From positions 12,627,579-12,691,578 of the forward strand of contig NC_043026.1 in NCBI RefSeq assembly GCF_006345805.1: a DNA stretch of 64,000 nt, in the 5' to 3' direction. The notes under the pieces are model-generated. The model was not told the DNA's origin. It saw only the letters and a program-made list of their open reading frames with translations, and made no database searches. This document shows positions 62,660-64,000 of the stretch, one piece after another. The position numbers and the translations under genes were made by a program. This stretch comes from Octopus sinensis. Lineage: Eukaryota. Position 1 is the first letter of the stretch, and each line of letters opens with the position of its first letter.

Positions 62660-64000
62660 CCGGTGTCGTTCAACCGCGGGAATAATTATCAACAGCTTCT
62701 ACACGTGCTTCTAATTAAGACTAATCTAATTATATCAGATGTAGTAATACCTCGTGTTCAGGTGAACGTTGATCTCTATGAATAACACGAAGCGACTTAC
62801 ATGATTTGTGATTTAATATTTCTCTTGATCACAGCTTTAGTTGGTTGATCCCTATTTTACAGGAAAGGGGGCAAAAAGCTTTGAATCGAGGAACTTTGCT
62901 CGCCCTTCTTCATATTTCATTTGGACCTTAGATCGAAAGCACGAATTGTTTGTATGCCCCTTTGTAGCAAATATTGTGCGCATTTCTACGATCCATGGTG
63001 GGAAAAACAAACTGGATTTCAAGAAAGGATCCTGGTCAGATCAACAAGTATTCTAATGGTAAGTGAAAAAATATATCTACATAGCATTTGTTGTACACTT
63101 GTTAACGGAGGTGTGTGATATCTAAGACAAGAAACTGAACCATAGGAGGTTAGTCTATATCTACAGACATTTGTCAGCTTTTTAAGTATTCCTGAAGACA
63201 AGCAGGAAGACCTCCCTCACAACGGCTTTCCTTTTGGTAAACGATATTTCCCCTTTTGACACCCGATTTGTGTAATTTTCTTTTGAGTCCTTTAATCGTT
63301 TAATAATGTATATTTTGCCAGTAAATTTAGGGCATAACTACAGAAATGCGGGATCCTTTCGGTTTGGGGAGTTACCAAAATTGAAATTGCAAAAATGTTT
63401 ATATCATTGTTCTGTGACCCTAACCGTATCTTGGTACTAGTCTTGGAGACTGGACCCGGTGCGCGCAGACGCGCATCCGCGCTTGCGAGTCGTAGGTTGT
63501 CGATTCTACAGCGACTTGCGTATGCAAATGAGCTGATTGGCGCAACACTGCAAAAACTAACTTAATAGCGAGCCCCTACTGGAGCTTAAGAAATATTTTT
63601 CAACGATATACGGTGTATATTAATTCACATTGTTCTGTGACCCTAACCACATCTTTTCAGGGAGTTCTCAAAAATAAAGCCCCCAAAAATCAAAATATTA
63701 TTCCCTTCCAAACCTGAACTCATCATATATAAATTTATATATATATATGTGTATATAGATAGATATAGATATGTATATATGTGCATGCATGAGTAATGTT
63801 ACACAATGTTAAAGAGTAGTTGTAGTTTACAAATTCTTACATTTCACCCAATGTTATATGATGTCATTTGTTAATTAATAAAGAAATATTGTAACATTTC
63901 TCTTTTGATCTCTCCTCTCTATCTAATTCTGTTTCTTTATTATTTCAGATTTACGGATGACATTGGCATCAAAGAAATTTTCTTTTATAATGAATACAAT
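62660..64000 (+). other. Second type-D locus D2, 5' region only (duplicate of ~52995-54090). The array would lie beyond the window
   Basis: Near-identical to the D1 upstream block, including donor ATG|GTAAGT (63058/63059) and acceptor at 63948. Confidence 0.8.

Overview
AT-rich eukaryotic genomic DNA. It is most likely an octopus (inferred from the codon style of the zinc-finger arrays and the tRNA-headed SINE and RTE repeat complement). The window is a dense cluster of at least 13 C2H2 zinc-finger loci with no recognisable effector domain (no KRAB, SCAN, ZAD or BTB). They fall into four subfamilies by N-terminus. Type A (MSQEKPQ): five full ORFs with 12, 9, 8, 10 and 9 fingers, plus one truncated copy. 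Type B (MENV/MDNV): one 17-finger gene and one disrupted 11-finger copy. Type C (MESEL): three copies with frameshifts, many of which look like homopolymer assembly errors. Type D: a degenerate ~19-finger array plus the 5' part of a second copy at the window edge. The spacers hold three SINE families, RTE, CR1 and CRE-like LINE pieces, mariner, hAT, piggyBac-like and other MITEs, Helitron-like ends and tandem arrays derived from these elements. The most interesting unexplained structure is the 5' leader of the ZNF genes. The first exon ends in ATG, ACG or CTG right at the splice donor. It would splice either to a ~93-codon upstream ORF (type A) or to a 4-codon M-I-x-G-stop uORF (types C and D), and the leader exon is homologous across subfamilies. 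Other notable items are a ZNF-promoter/transposase/ZNF chimera, tandem copies of a stop-containing terminal finger, an RTE with an ~80-bp target duplication and a 67-bp hairpin array, and MITE-plus-spacer tandem arrays. All splicing and translation claims are inferences from sequence only.
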